From contig JAWKQZ010000037.1 of the NCBI GenBank assembly GCA_041389845.1, positions 9,716 to 73,715 of the forward strand: DNA of 64,000 nucleotides. Direction: 5' to 3'. The DNA comes from Nannocystaceae bacterium (GTDB lineage Bacteria > Myxococcota_A > Polyangia > Nannocystales > Nannocystaceae). A program made the position numbers and the translations under genes. Positions 17,564 through 26,290 of this stretch are shown piece after piece; positions within the stretch are counted from its first letter, which is position 1, and each line of letters opens with the position of its first letter. The notes beneath the pieces are model-generated. The model was not told where the DNA came from, did not search any database, and saw only the letters and a list, made by a program, of their open reading frames with translations.

Positions 17564-18547
17564 TCACGCTTGCGCCGAAGCCGAAGCCGGAGCCGCCTCG
17601 CTCGCCTCGCTCGCCTCGCTCGCCTCGCTCGCCCCGGCTTGCGCCTCCCGACGCCCGCCACGCCGGGCCTCCCGCGCCAGCCACTCGTCCTTCAGCATCG
17701 CCGAGGTCCTCCGCGATCCGTCCGGGCTCCACCCGGGCGGCCCCCACGTGTACCCCCAGAGTTCCCGGAGCGAGCGCGAGCGCCAGACGTCGCGGAGGAT
17801 CGCCTCCCACTCGTGGAAGGCGACCCGGATCGGGTTGAAGGTGGCGATGTTCTTGACCAGGCCGTAGCGCGGCGGGTCGCTCGGGACCTCGGCGATGAAG
17901 GAGCCGAAGAGGCGATCCCAGACGATCAAGATCCCGCCGTAGTTGGCGTCGAGGTAGCGGGCGTTGAAGGCGTGGTGCACCCGGTGGTGGCTCGGCGTGT
18001 TCAACACCCACTCGAGGGGCCCCATCGTGCCGATGATCTCGGTGTGGATCCAGAACTGGTAGATCAGCGAGATCCCGGAGAAGAAGAAGATCATCGCCGG
18101 TTCGAAGCCCAGCCAGGCGAGGGGCAGGGTGAAGAGGAAGGAGAGCGCGATCGTGCTGGTCCACGTCTGCCGCAGCGCGGTCGAGAGGTTGTAGTGCTGC
18201 GAGGAGTGGTGGACGACGTGGCCGGCCCACATCCACCGGCGCTCGTGGGCGAGGCGGTGGAACCAGTAGTAGGCGAGGTCCTGGCCGAGGAAGCAGAGGA
18301 CGAAGACCCACCAAGTGGGCCCCAGGGTGAAGAGGCGGTGCTCGTAGCACCAGACGTGGGCGCCGGCGCCGAGGAAGCCGGTGAGGAGGGCGAGGCCCTG
18401 GTTGCCCATCCCCATCGCCAGGCTGGTCGCGGTGTCGCGGGTCTCGTAGCGGCCGCGCTTCAGCGCCCGCCAGAGGATGATCTCGAGGAGCATCATCGCC
18501 ACGAAGAGGGGGATCGCGTAGAGCACGATCGGCGGGTACTTCGTCAT
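17564..18547 (-). CDS. fatty-acid hydroxylase / sterol desaturase superfamily membrane enzyme (alkylglycerol-monooxygenase-like)
   Basis: Histidine boxes HRLAHERRWMWAGHVVHHSS and NTPSHHRVHH, plus NYGGILIVWDRLFG. Several TM segments. The C-terminus carries a 12-bp repeat encoding EASEASEASEA. Confidence 0.88.
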   Translation of the reverse strand: MTKYPPIVLYAIPLFVAMMLLEIILWRALKRGRYETRDTATSLAMGMGNQGLALLTGFLGAGAHVWCYEHRLFTLGPTWWVFVLCFLGQDLAYYWFHRLAHERRWMWAGHVVHHSSQHYNLSTALRQTWTSTIALSFLFTLPLAWLGFEPAMIFFFSGISLIYQFWIHTEIIGTMGPLEWVLNTPSHHRVHHAFNARYLDANYGGILIVWDRLFGSFIAEVPSDPPRYGLVKNIATFNPIRVAFHEWEAILRDVWRSRSLRELWGYTWGPPGWSPDGSRRTSAMLKDEWLAREARRGGRREAQAGASEASEASEASEAAPASASAQA

Positions 18548-18981
18548 CGCCCGGCGCCCTCCGGGGTGAGCTCGCGGAGGAGCGCGAGCCAGGCCGGGGC
18601 GGCGCCCTCCTCGAGGCGGAGCCGGAGCGTCCGCCGGGTGAGGTCATGGGTGTCGATCCGCAGGGCGCCGCCCTCGTCGAGCGACGCCGCGACCACGTCG
18701 CCGGACCCGAGCACCCGGCTGAAGAAGCGATCGCCGAGGGGCACCAGGAGGGCGACGCCGGGCTCGCGGCCGTCGATCTCGCCGGTGAAGATCGCCCCGC
18801 GCCCGTCGACCGCGAGGACCACGTCCTGGACCTCGAAGGCCGGATCGAGCTCACGGAGCCAGCGTCGAGCGGCGTCGGCAGCCTCGAGGCGGGCGTCCTT
18901 GAACCCGCCGACCAGCCAGGTGAGGCCGAGCGTCGCGGCGACGCCGAGCGGCGCGAAGACGAAGAGCATCCAGAAGAGCAT
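18544..18981 (-). CDS. membrane-anchored hypothetical protein
   Basis: From the ATG at 18981: MLFWMLFVFAPLGVAATLGLTWLVGG. Its stop overlaps the desaturase start by 4 bp (ATGA), which suggests translational coupling. Confidence 0.6.
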   Translation of the reverse strand: MLFWMLFVFAPLGVAATLGLTWLVGGFKDARLEAADAARRWLRELDPAFEVQDVVLAVDGRGAIFTGEIDGREPGVALLVPLGDRFFSRVLGSGDVVAASLDEGGALRIDTHDLTRRTLRLRLEEGAAPAWLALLRELTPEGAGR

Positions 18982-19170
18982 CCGCCGCCCCTCAGTGTAC
19001 ACGAGCGAGCCGGCGCGGGCAGGCTCGCGTGCGATCGCGTCGCGGCGGCGCTGACCCGCCGGGCGGACGCCCGCGCTCCCGCGTCGCGGCTCGATCGCCG
19101 ACGGTCCGCGCGCCGACCCTCCCGGCTCGGCGGACGAGCGCTGGCCCGCCGCCGTCGATCGCACGCGCCC

Positions 19171-19260
19171 ACGCGCCGCGGCCCGGAGGCCCGCGCCGCG
19201 GCCCGCAGGCCCGCGCCGCGACCCGCAGGCCCGCGGCGCGGCCCGCAGGCCCGCGCCGCG
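19171..19260. repeat. 20-bp tandem repeat x4 (GCCCGSAGGCCCGCGCCGCG)
   Basis: Direct reading of 19181-19260, with a partial unit before it. Confidence 0.85.
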
Positions 19261-19356
19261 CTCCCGGTCACGCCGGCGGGATCTGCAGGAAGTCCGCGAC
19301 CTTGCCCACCGGCTGGTCCATGAAGGGCCACGGATCCCACGCGCGCAGGTCCACCG

Positions 19357-20163
19357 TTAACGCCCGGCCGCGGCGATAGGCGGCGGCGAAGCGATCGACG
19401 TCGAAGGCGCCGCGGGTCGGGCTCGCGCCCGGGAGATGTCGGCGCCGAGGTGGAAGAGGAGGAGCACCAGCAGGGTCACCGAGAAGCCGTCCTCGCCCAT
19501 GTAGCCGGCCTCGAAGCCGCCCATCTCGACCTCGCCCTCGGGCTCGGTGGTGTAGCCGGTGAGGACGTGGCCGAGGTCGTGGAAGACCAGCATCTCCGGC
19601 GGCGCCCCCTTCTCGCCCGGGAGCTTGAAGCCGTTGCGGGTGCAGTGCTCGTGGAAGGCGCGGCCGAGGCTCTCGCGCGGGTAGCCGGCGAGGGCGGCGT
19701 AGCGATCGGCGAGGGTCCGATCACCGACGCCGAGCACCGACTTGGCGATCTTCCACATGCCGACGAAGCCCTCGTCGCTCCACACCGCCTTGATCCGGGT
19801 GGCGAGGAAGGAGCGGCGGCCGAGGTCGATGGCGAGGAGGCGGATGCGGCCGCTGGCGTAGCGCTGCATCGCGTCGATCGCCGGCTCCTCGACCTCGAAG
19901 GCGGCGGCGTAGCGGCGGAGCATCGCCAGCTCGCCGGGGTGGATCGCCTCGTCGAGGGCGCTCATCACCACCAGCCGCTTCATCAGGTCGCGGCGGAGCG
20001 CCGGGTCGACGATCGCGGCCGCGACCTCCTCGGGGCCGGCGGCGGCGATCGAGCCGAGGTCGTCCTCGATCCCGAAGAGCTGGCGGTTGACCTCGAGGAA
20101 GCGGCGCTCGCGGGGATCGAAGTCGCCGTCGGCGAGGGCGAGGGACTTGAGCGCCCGTAACAT
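19357..20163 (-). CDS. TerB-like N-domain fused to a Coq4-like (HDxxH...E) domain; the 3' end is probably frameshifted
   Basis: From the ATG at 20163: MLRALKSLALADGDFDPRERRFLEV... then ...MLVFHDLGHVLTGYTTEPEGEVEM. The last ~25 codons before the stop at 19357 lose GC3 bias, while another frame stays coding-like down to 19268 (see findings). Confidence 0.7.
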   Translation of the reverse strand: MLRALKSLALADGDFDPRERRFLEVNRQLFGIEDDLGSIAAAGPEEVAAAIVDPALRRDLMKRLVVMSALDEAIHPGELAMLRRYAAAFEVEEPAIDAMQRYASGRIRLLAIDLGRRSFLATRIKAVWSDEGFVGMWKIAKSVLGVGDRTLADRYAALAGYPRESLGRAFHEHCTRNGFKLPGEKGAPPEMLVFHDLGHVLTGYTTEPEGEVEMGGFEAGYMGEDGFSVTLLVLLLFHLGADISRARARPAAPSTSIASPPPIAAAGR

Positions 20164-20309
20164 CCACGGGGCGGCGTCGGCGGGGGGGACCAGATCGAAC
20201 AAGGGTGGGGCCCTCGATCCCTTGATACCGCAACTACGACCGCGACGCCCGCCCCGGATTCCCCCCAAAAAGTTGCCGGCCGGCGCCCCCACGTGCCAGC
20301 GTCAGCCCG

Positions 20310-20984
20310 ATGAAGCCGCTGACGCCGCTCCGGAGCCGGCTCCTGACCGCGCTCCGCGGCCTGCCCCGCGACGCGGGCTCGCTCCGCTCGTTCCTCGCCC
20401 GGCACGCCTACCTCGGGCTCGCCGCGGCCGCGCTCCTCGTGGTCACCCGGACGGTCGACTTCGCGCCGCCGGCCCAGGTCCGGACCGTCGAGCTCCCGCC
20501 CGCGGCTCCAGCGGCGCCCCCTGCGGCCCCCGGCGCCGAGCTCCAGGAGCGGATGAGCGCCGCCGAGGCGGTCCAGCTCCGGGCGCGCCTCCGGCTCCTG
20601 GAGGGCCCCCCGGAGGTCCTCCGCAGCGCCCAGGACGATCCGAGCGCCGGTCGAACCCTCTCCGAGCCGATCGTCGCCACCGTCCTCGGGGTGCCCGCGG
20701 CGATCGATCACAGCGTGCGCCTCGACGGCGGCGCGCTCGAGGTCCGGATCGCGATCGAGGCGACGCCGCGCGCCGAGGAGCGGCGGCCGATCGTCGTCGA
20801 CCACACCCTCGAGATCTCGAGCCGCCGCGGCGACCGCTGGGGCGAGCGAGGCCCGCGGCGGATCCACCTCCGGACCCAGGCGGCGCTCGCCGAGCTCGAC
20901 GCGCGGCCGGAGCGGCTCTTCTTCACCGTCGACGAGCACCTCTTCGCCCTCGACCTCGAGCTCCATCGGCCCGCCGGCGGCTGA
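20310..20984 (+). CDS. hypothetical protein with an N-terminal TM anchor
   Basis: 224-aa ORF with good GC3 and the hydrophobic segment YLGLAAAALLVV. No domain recognised. Confidence 0.6.
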   Translation: MKPLTPLRSRLLTALRGLPRDAGSLRSFLARHAYLGLAAAALLVVTRTVDFAPPAQVRTVELPPAAPAAPPAAPGAELQERMSAAEAVQLRARLRLLEGPPEVLRSAQDDPSAGRTLSEPIVATVLGVPAAIDHSVRLDGGALEVRIAIEATPRAEERRPIVVDHTLEISSRRGDRWGERGPRRIHLRTQAALAELDARPERLFFTVDEHLFALDLELHRPAGG

Positions 20985-21145
20985 GCCCGGCGCGCTCGAG
21001 CGCCGGTGATTGTGCCAGCGATCGCCGGCCGCCCTCGCGCTCCCTCGGCCGACACGGCGGCGCCGATGATTGTTGCGGATCTGCAATAATCCTGGACGCC
21101 GCCCCCGCTTGCGCCTGAACGCGGCCGCGCGCACCCTCGATCGCC

Positions 21146-22105
21146 ATGGACGAGCCCTCCCGCGCCCCCTCGCTCGGCCGGCGTGAATTCGCCGGGCCCC
21201 TCGCCGCCGCGGCCCTCGCCGCCGCCCTCCCCGAGCTCGGCTGCGGCGAGCGGGCCGACGCCGCCGCGCCCCGCGACGCCGCCGATCCCGACGATCGGGC
21301 GATCGATCGCGCCGGCCCGCGCACGCCGGCGATCTTCGCCCCCCACGGCGGCGGCCCCTGGCCCTTCGTCGACCTCCCCTTCGGCGATCGTCGGGAGCAG
21401 GACGCCCTCGCCGGGTACCTGCGATCGATCGCCGCGCTCGCGCGGCCGCGGGCGATCGTCGTGATCTCGGCCCACTGGGAGGCGCCGGTGCCGACGGTCC
21501 TCGGCGCCGCGCGGCCGCCGATGCTCTACGACTACTACGGCTTCCCGCCCGCCGCCTACGCGGTGCAGTGGCCGGCGCCCGGCGATCCAGCGCTCGCCTC
21601 CCGGGTCCGCGGGCTCCTCGAGGCCGCCGGCTTCGCCACCGCGACCGACGACGAACGCGGCTACGATCACGGGACCTTCGTCCCCCTCGCCCTCGCCTAC
21701 CCCGCCGCCGAGGTGCCGACGATCCAGCTCTCGCTGATCCGCGGCCTCGATCCGGCGCAGCACCTGGCGATGGGTCGGGCCCTCGCGCCGCTCCGCGACG
21801 AGGGCGTGCTCCTCGTCGGCAGCGGCATGAGCTACCACAACCTCCGGGCCTTCGGCGCCGGCGGGATCCCGGCGTCCGAGGCCTTCGACGCCTGGCTCCG
21901 ACGGACCGTCGCGCTCCCGCCCGCCGAGCGCGATCGCGGGCTCACCCGCTGGTTCGAGGCCCCCTCCGCTCGGGCCGCGCACCCCCGCGAGGAGCACCTG
22001 ATGCCGCTGATGGTGATCGCCGGCGCCGCCGCCGACGACCCGGCGTCGATCCCCTATCACGACACCCTCGTCGGCCTCCGCCTGAGCGCCGTCCACTTCG
22101 GCTGA
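21146..22105 (+). CDS. class III extradiol ring-cleavage dioxygenase (LigB / YgiD 4,5-DOPA-dioxygenase-like), Tat-type signal
   Basis: SLGRREFAGPLAAAALAAAL twin-arginine-like leader. PAIFAPHGGGPW, VVISAHWE and DHGTFVPL are motifs typical of the family. Confidence 0.88.
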   Translation: MDEPSRAPSLGRREFAGPLAAAALAAALPELGCGERADAAAPRDAADPDDRAIDRAGPRTPAIFAPHGGGPWPFVDLPFGDRREQDALAGYLRSIAALARPRAIVVISAHWEAPVPTVLGAARPPMLYDYYGFPPAAYAVQWPAPGDPALASRVRGLLEAAGFATATDDERGYDHGTFVPLALAYPAAEVPTIQLSLIRGLDPAQHLAMGRALAPLRDEGVLLVGSGMSYHNLRAFGAGGIPASEAFDAWLRRTVALPPAERDRGLTRWFEAPSARAAHPREEHLMPLMVIAGAAADDPASIPYHDTLVGLRLSAVHFG

Positions 22106-22129
22106 GGCGCGCGCGTCGACCTCAGGTGC

Positions 22130-22145
22130 CTGTCCTTTGGGACAG
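22130..22145. repeat. perfect 16-nt palindrome CTGTCCTTTGGGACAG
   Basis: Lies 25 nt after the dioxygenase stop. An identical copy is at 44278-44293, with relatives elsewhere (see findings). Confidence 0.9.
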
Positions 22146-22290
22146 AGAGTGGATTCCCGGGTGCACCCGCGGAGATCCTCGGAGGACGCGCACCTGCGCT
22201 CCAAGCCGGGCGGCCGAATGTCAGTTGTCTCCGCCGCCCGCTCCGGATCGACGGTCGACAGGGTGAGGTCATCCTCTCTAAGGTGAGCGG

Positions 22291-24435
22291 ATGACGACGA
22301 CGATGACGATGACGCGGGGCGCGATCGCCCTCTTCGCGGCCACCTGCCTCGGCTTCGCCGGGTGCGGCGACGACACCGGAGACGACGACGGGAGCGCGAC
22401 GGTCACCGCCAGCGTCACCGCCACCGCCGGGACCACCAGCCCCGCCACCGCCGGGACCACCGACAACTCGACGACCGACAACTCGACGGCCGCGACCGAG
22501 ACCGGGAGCTCGACCGCCGGCACCGCGACGACCACCGCGTCGACCACCGACGCGTCGGCGACCGACACCGACGGCACCACCGCGGCGACGACCGTCGACA
22601 CCTCGACGACCCAGGCCTCGTCGGGCACCGACACCGGCGCCGGCGTCCTCGACATCGAGCCCAAGGACGCGATCCTCGAGGTCATCGACGGCAACATCGT
22701 CCCCCAGCCCTACACGGCGACCTACGACGGCGTCGACGTCACCGCCCAGACCACCTTCCAGTTCGACAAGCCGGCGATCGGCCAGATCATGCTCGAGGCC
22801 CTGGTGCCGACCGGCGAGGTCGCCGGCGTCGGCACGATCTCGGGGACCTACAACGGCGCGAAGGCGTCGACCTCGGCGACGGTGATCATCAAGAAGACCC
22901 TCGACCCCGACGGGATCGCCGGCGAGTTCATGGACCCGCCGGGCGGCCCCGACTCGATGACGATCGTCTACCCCTACGACCTCACGGTCTTCCCGCTCAA
23001 CGTCGCCGCCCCCGAGGTCCAGTGGAATAACGTCCAGAGCGGCGACAAGTACAAGATGCACATCCAGGAGATGTACGTCGAGTACACCGCCTACTTCTCG
23101 ACCAACGTCCCCGCCCGCCACCTGATCGACGAGGCCGACTGGAAGATGATCGCCGAGTCGGGCCAGGGGGCGAAGGGCGACCCGGTCTCCTTCTCGCTCC
23201 AGCGCAAGAGCGGCGGCCAGCTCTTCCAGGAGATCAACCAGACCTGGCGGATCGCCCAGGCCCGCCTCCCCGGCCGGGTCTACTACTGGGAGCTCCCCGA
23301 TCAGTGCGGCAACGGCAACGGCCGGGTCCTCACGATCAAGCCGAGCGAGGCGAAGTCGGAGCAGTTCTTCAACCAAGGCAACTGCTGGGGCTGCCACTCG
23401 GTCTCCCGCGACGGCCGCACGGTCTCGGTGGTCTTCGACAGCGGCTCGCCCTTCCCGCTGGCGACCATCGACGTCTCGGTCGACCCCGCGACCTACGGGG
23501 CGATCCAGCCCCAGGGCGGCCGCGGCGGCACCTTCTCCGCCTTCAACCAGGACGGCACCAAGCTGGTGATCTCCAACAACGGCGGGCCCAAGGGCGCGAA
23601 CACCTCGAACCTGACGATCTACGACACCTCGAACGGCCAGGTCCTGAACCCGGACGTGATGGGGCCGGGCTGCGGCGAGCCGGCGTGGTCGCCCGACGGC
23701 AAGCTGATGGCCGCGACCTGCGGCTACACCCAGGCCGGCTGGACCTTCGACGCGCCGCAGGCCGACCTGATGATCGCCGACGTCAACCCCGACGGGATCT
23801 CGGTCTCGAACAAGAAGGTGCTGGTGCCCCAGGCCGGCGAGGTCGGTCGCCCGGCCTACCCCAACTTCTCGCCCGGCACCGAGTGGGTGGTCTTCGGCCG
23901 GCCGACCCAGGGCTCGCGCTCGATCGGCAACGGCCAGCTCTGGCTGGTCGGCGTCGACGGGCAGAACGCGAAGAAGCTCCAGATCGCCAGCGCCGACAAC
24001 AAGTCGTTCAACCCGACCTTCGCGCCGCTGCGGGCCGGCGGCTACTTCTGGGTCGTCTTCATGAGCCGCCGCGACTACGGCAACACCCTGGTCGGCACCA
24101 ACCGCCAGCAGCTCTGGATCACCGCGATCTCCGACCCGCCGACGGACGAGCCCGATCCGTCGAACCCGCCCTTCTACATCCGCGGCCAGGAGGGCTGCGC
24201 GAAGTCGGAGAACGCCTACTTCGCCCCCGACCCGTGCATCGAGGAGCTGAACAAGCCCTGCGAGTCGGGGATCGACTGCTGCTCCGGCCACTGCGTGCAG
24301 ATGGGCGAGCTCAAGGTCTGCGGCGAGAAGGGCTCGTGCTCGGAGGACGGCAACGCCTGCGAGAGCGACGCCGACTGCTGCAACGTCGACAGCCCCTGCG
24401 TCGACGGCTACTGCCAGCAGGTCTTCCCCGGGTGA
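22291..24435 (+). CDS. lipoprotein: Thr-rich linker, CxxCH-containing beta-propeller-like body, C-terminal Cys-rich module
   Basis: Lipobox LFAATCLGFAGC. Linker rich in T/S/D. CWGCH at 23384-23398. WSPDG / FSPG propeller-like strands. The tail CESGIDCCSGHCV...CESDADCCNVDSPCVDGYC. Paralogue of 28947..30854. Confidence 0.85.
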   Translation: MTTTMTMTRGAIALFAATCLGFAGCGDDTGDDDGSATVTASVTATAGTTSPATAGTTDNSTTDNSTAATETGSSTAGTATTTASTTDASATDTDGTTAATTVDTSTTQASSGTDTGAGVLDIEPKDAILEVIDGNIVPQPYTATYDGVDVTAQTTFQFDKPAIGQIMLEALVPTGEVAGVGTISGTYNGAKASTSATVIIKKTLDPDGIAGEFMDPPGGPDSMTIVYPYDLTVFPLNVAAPEVQWNNVQSGDKYKMHIQEMYVEYTAYFSTNVPARHLIDEADWKMIAESGQGAKGDPVSFSLQRKSGGQLFQEINQTWRIAQARLPGRVYYWELPDQCGNGNGRVLTIKPSEAKSEQFFNQGNCWGCHSVSRDGRTVSVVFDSGSPFPLATIDVSVDPATYGAIQPQGGRGGTFSAFNQDGTKLVISNNGGPKGANTSNLTIYDTSNGQVLNPDVMGPGCGEPAWSPDGKLMAATCGYTQAGWTFDAPQADLMIADVNPDGISVSNKKVLVPQAGEVGRPAYPNFSPGTEWVVFGRPTQGSRSIGNGQLWLVGVDGQNAKKLQIASADNKSFNPTFAPLRAGGYFWVVFMSRRDYGNTLVGTNRQQLWITAISDPPTDEPDPSNPPFYIRGQEGCAKSENAYFAPDPCIEELNKPCESGIDCCSGHCVQMGELKVCGEKGSCSEDGNACESDADCCNVDSPCVDGYCQQVFPG

Positions 24436-24475
24436 TCGGGTGAGCGTCGGCGCGGCCGCGGCGGACCCCGCCGCG

Positions 24476-24586
24476 GCCGCGCTTCGTTTTGAGGGACGCC
24501 CGCGAGGTCGTGCGCGTCGCCGGGATCGCGCCGCGCTTCGTCTTGAGGATCTACCCGCGGGGTCGCGCGCGTCGCCGGGACCGCGG
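24476..24586. repeat. ~55-bp direct repeat x2
   Basis: CCGCGCTTCGT(T/C)TTGAGG...GCGCGTCGCCGGGA(T/C)CGCG occurs twice, upstream of selO. Confidence 0.75.
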
Positions 24587-24710
24587 GCCACACCGACTTC
24601 GCCGACTTCGCCGCGGCGATCCCCCGATCGGCGCCCGGGGGGTCCCGGCGAGGGCGCGGCGCCGCCGATCTTCCCGCGGCGATCCGGCTGTGGCAGGGTG
24701 CGCGACGACG

Positions 24711-26138
24711 ATGCACGCCTCGCCCCGCTACCGCCCCAGCGCCGCGATCCTCGAGCTCGGCGAGGGCTCCTACGATCCGGTCGCGCCGGCCCGCTTCCCG
24801 GCGGCGATCCTCCGCTTCCGCAACGACCTCGCGGCCGCGCGGATCGGCCTCGACGACCTCGACGACGCGGCGTGGATCGATCACTTCGCCCGCTTCGCCC
24901 CGCTCCCCGGCGGGCTCGCGCGGCCGCTGGCGCTCCGCTACCACGGCCATCAATTCGGGACCTACAACCCGGCCCTCGGCGACGGCCGCGGCTTCCTCTT
25001 CGGACAGGTGATCGATCCCGACGACGGCCGCCTCCTCGACCTCGGGACCAAGGGGAGCGGGACCACGCCCTACTCGCGCGGCGGCGACGGGCGGCTCACC
25101 CTCAAGGGCGGCGTCCGGGAGCTCCTCGCCAGCGAGATGCTGGCGGCCCAGGGGGTGCCGACCTGCGCGACCTTCAGCCTCGTCGAGACCGGCGAGCGCC
25201 TCCACCGCGGCGACGAGCCCTCGCCGACCCGATCGTCGGTGCTGGTCCGGCTCTCGCACTCGCACGTCCGCTTCGGCACCTTCCAGCGGCTCGCGTATCA
25301 CCGCGATCGCGAGGGGCTCGCCCGCCTCGTCGACTACTGCGCGCGGCACCTCCTACCGGAGTGCGCGCGGCCGGAGATCGGCGCGAGCGCGGCGGCCCTC
25401 GTCGAGGCGGCGACCGCCCGGACCGCGGCGCTCTGCGGGCGCTGGATGGTCGCCGGCTTCGTCCACGGGGTGCTCAACAGCGACAACCTGAGCGTCACCG
25501 GCGAGAGCTTCGACTACGGGCCCTACCGCTGGACCCCGCGCCACGACCTCGGCTTCGTCGCCGCCTACTTCGATCACACCGGCCTCTACGCCTACGGCCG
25601 CCAGCCCCAGGCGTGCCTCCAGAACCTGGTCCGCCTGGCCACCGCGCTCGCGGGCCTGGCCGCGCCCGCGGAGCTCGAGCGGGCGCTCTCCGGCTTCGCC
25701 GCGGCCCACGACGAGGCGATCCGCCGCGCCTTCTGCCGCCGCCTCGGCGTCGCCTCCCGCGGGGCCGCGGCCGACGACGGCCTCGTCGACGCCGCCTACG
25801 CGTTCCTCGGCCAGCAGCGGGTCGGCCTCGATCGCTTCTTCTTCGACTGGTACGGCGGGGCGACCCGCCGGATGCAGGCGCTCGCCGGGCCGGCGGCCGC
25901 GGCCTACGACGGCGCGCTCTTCGACGAATTCGCCGACGCGCTCGCCGACGCGGCGCCGATCGACGGGGCCCGCCTCGATCACGCTTACTTCCAGGGCGAG
26001 GGGCCCTGCTCGCTCCTCATCGACGAGATCGAGGCGATCTGGGCCGCGATCGACGAGCGCGACGAGTGGTCGCCGGTGCAGGCCAAGGTCGCGGCGATCC
26101 GGGCGGCGGGCGAGGCCTGGCGGACCGACGGGGCCTAG
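24711..26138 (+). CDS. selO: protein adenylyltransferase SelO (YdiU)
   Basis: LRYHGHQFGTYNPALGDGRGFLFGQV, GTKGSGTTPYSRGGDGR, VLVRLSHSHVRFGTFQ and GFVHGVLNSDNLSVTGESFDYGPYRW. The ATG at 24711 gives a typical ~475-aa length. Confidence 0.9.
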   Translation: MHASPRYRPSAAILELGEGSYDPVAPARFPAAILRFRNDLAAARIGLDDLDDAAWIDHFARFAPLPGGLARPLALRYHGHQFGTYNPALGDGRGFLFGQVIDPDDGRLLDLGTKGSGTTPYSRGGDGRLTLKGGVRELLASEMLAAQGVPTCATFSLVETGERLHRGDEPSPTRSSVLVRLSHSHVRFGTFQRLAYHRDREGLARLVDYCARHLLPECARPEIGASAAALVEAATARTAALCGRWMVAGFVHGVLNSDNLSVTGESFDYGPYRWTPRHDLGFVAAYFDHTGLYAYGRQPQACLQNLVRLATALAGLAAPAELERALSGFAAAHDEAIRRAFCRRLGVASRGAAADDGLVDAAYAFLGQQRVGLDRFFFDWYGGATRRMQALAGPAAAAYDGALFDEFADALADAAPIDGARLDHAYFQGEGPCSLLIDEIEAIWAAIDERDEWSPVQAKVAAIRAAGEAWRTDGA

Positions 26139-26290
26139 CGCGGCGCGGCGCTCCCGGCGGACGAGCGTGGGGTCGCCGGATCCTGCGAGGCGACGGGGTC
26201 GACGTCCTCCCACGACGCGGGCGCGGGGCCTCGAGCGCCCGAGCCGGAGCGAGTCAGCAGGGCGCGCCGCGGCGCTGCTACACTCCGACG

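Noticed and set aside
22057-24591. 844-aa minus-strand ORF and other long antisense ORFs (28806..31226, 38426..40228, 41079..43394, 6897..8264, 10404..12086, 53840..57445 middle part)
   Set aside because: They have the typical high-GC shadow composition (runs of R, G, P, A, D, V with no domain motifs). They lie opposite genes that have clear domains and lipoboxes.
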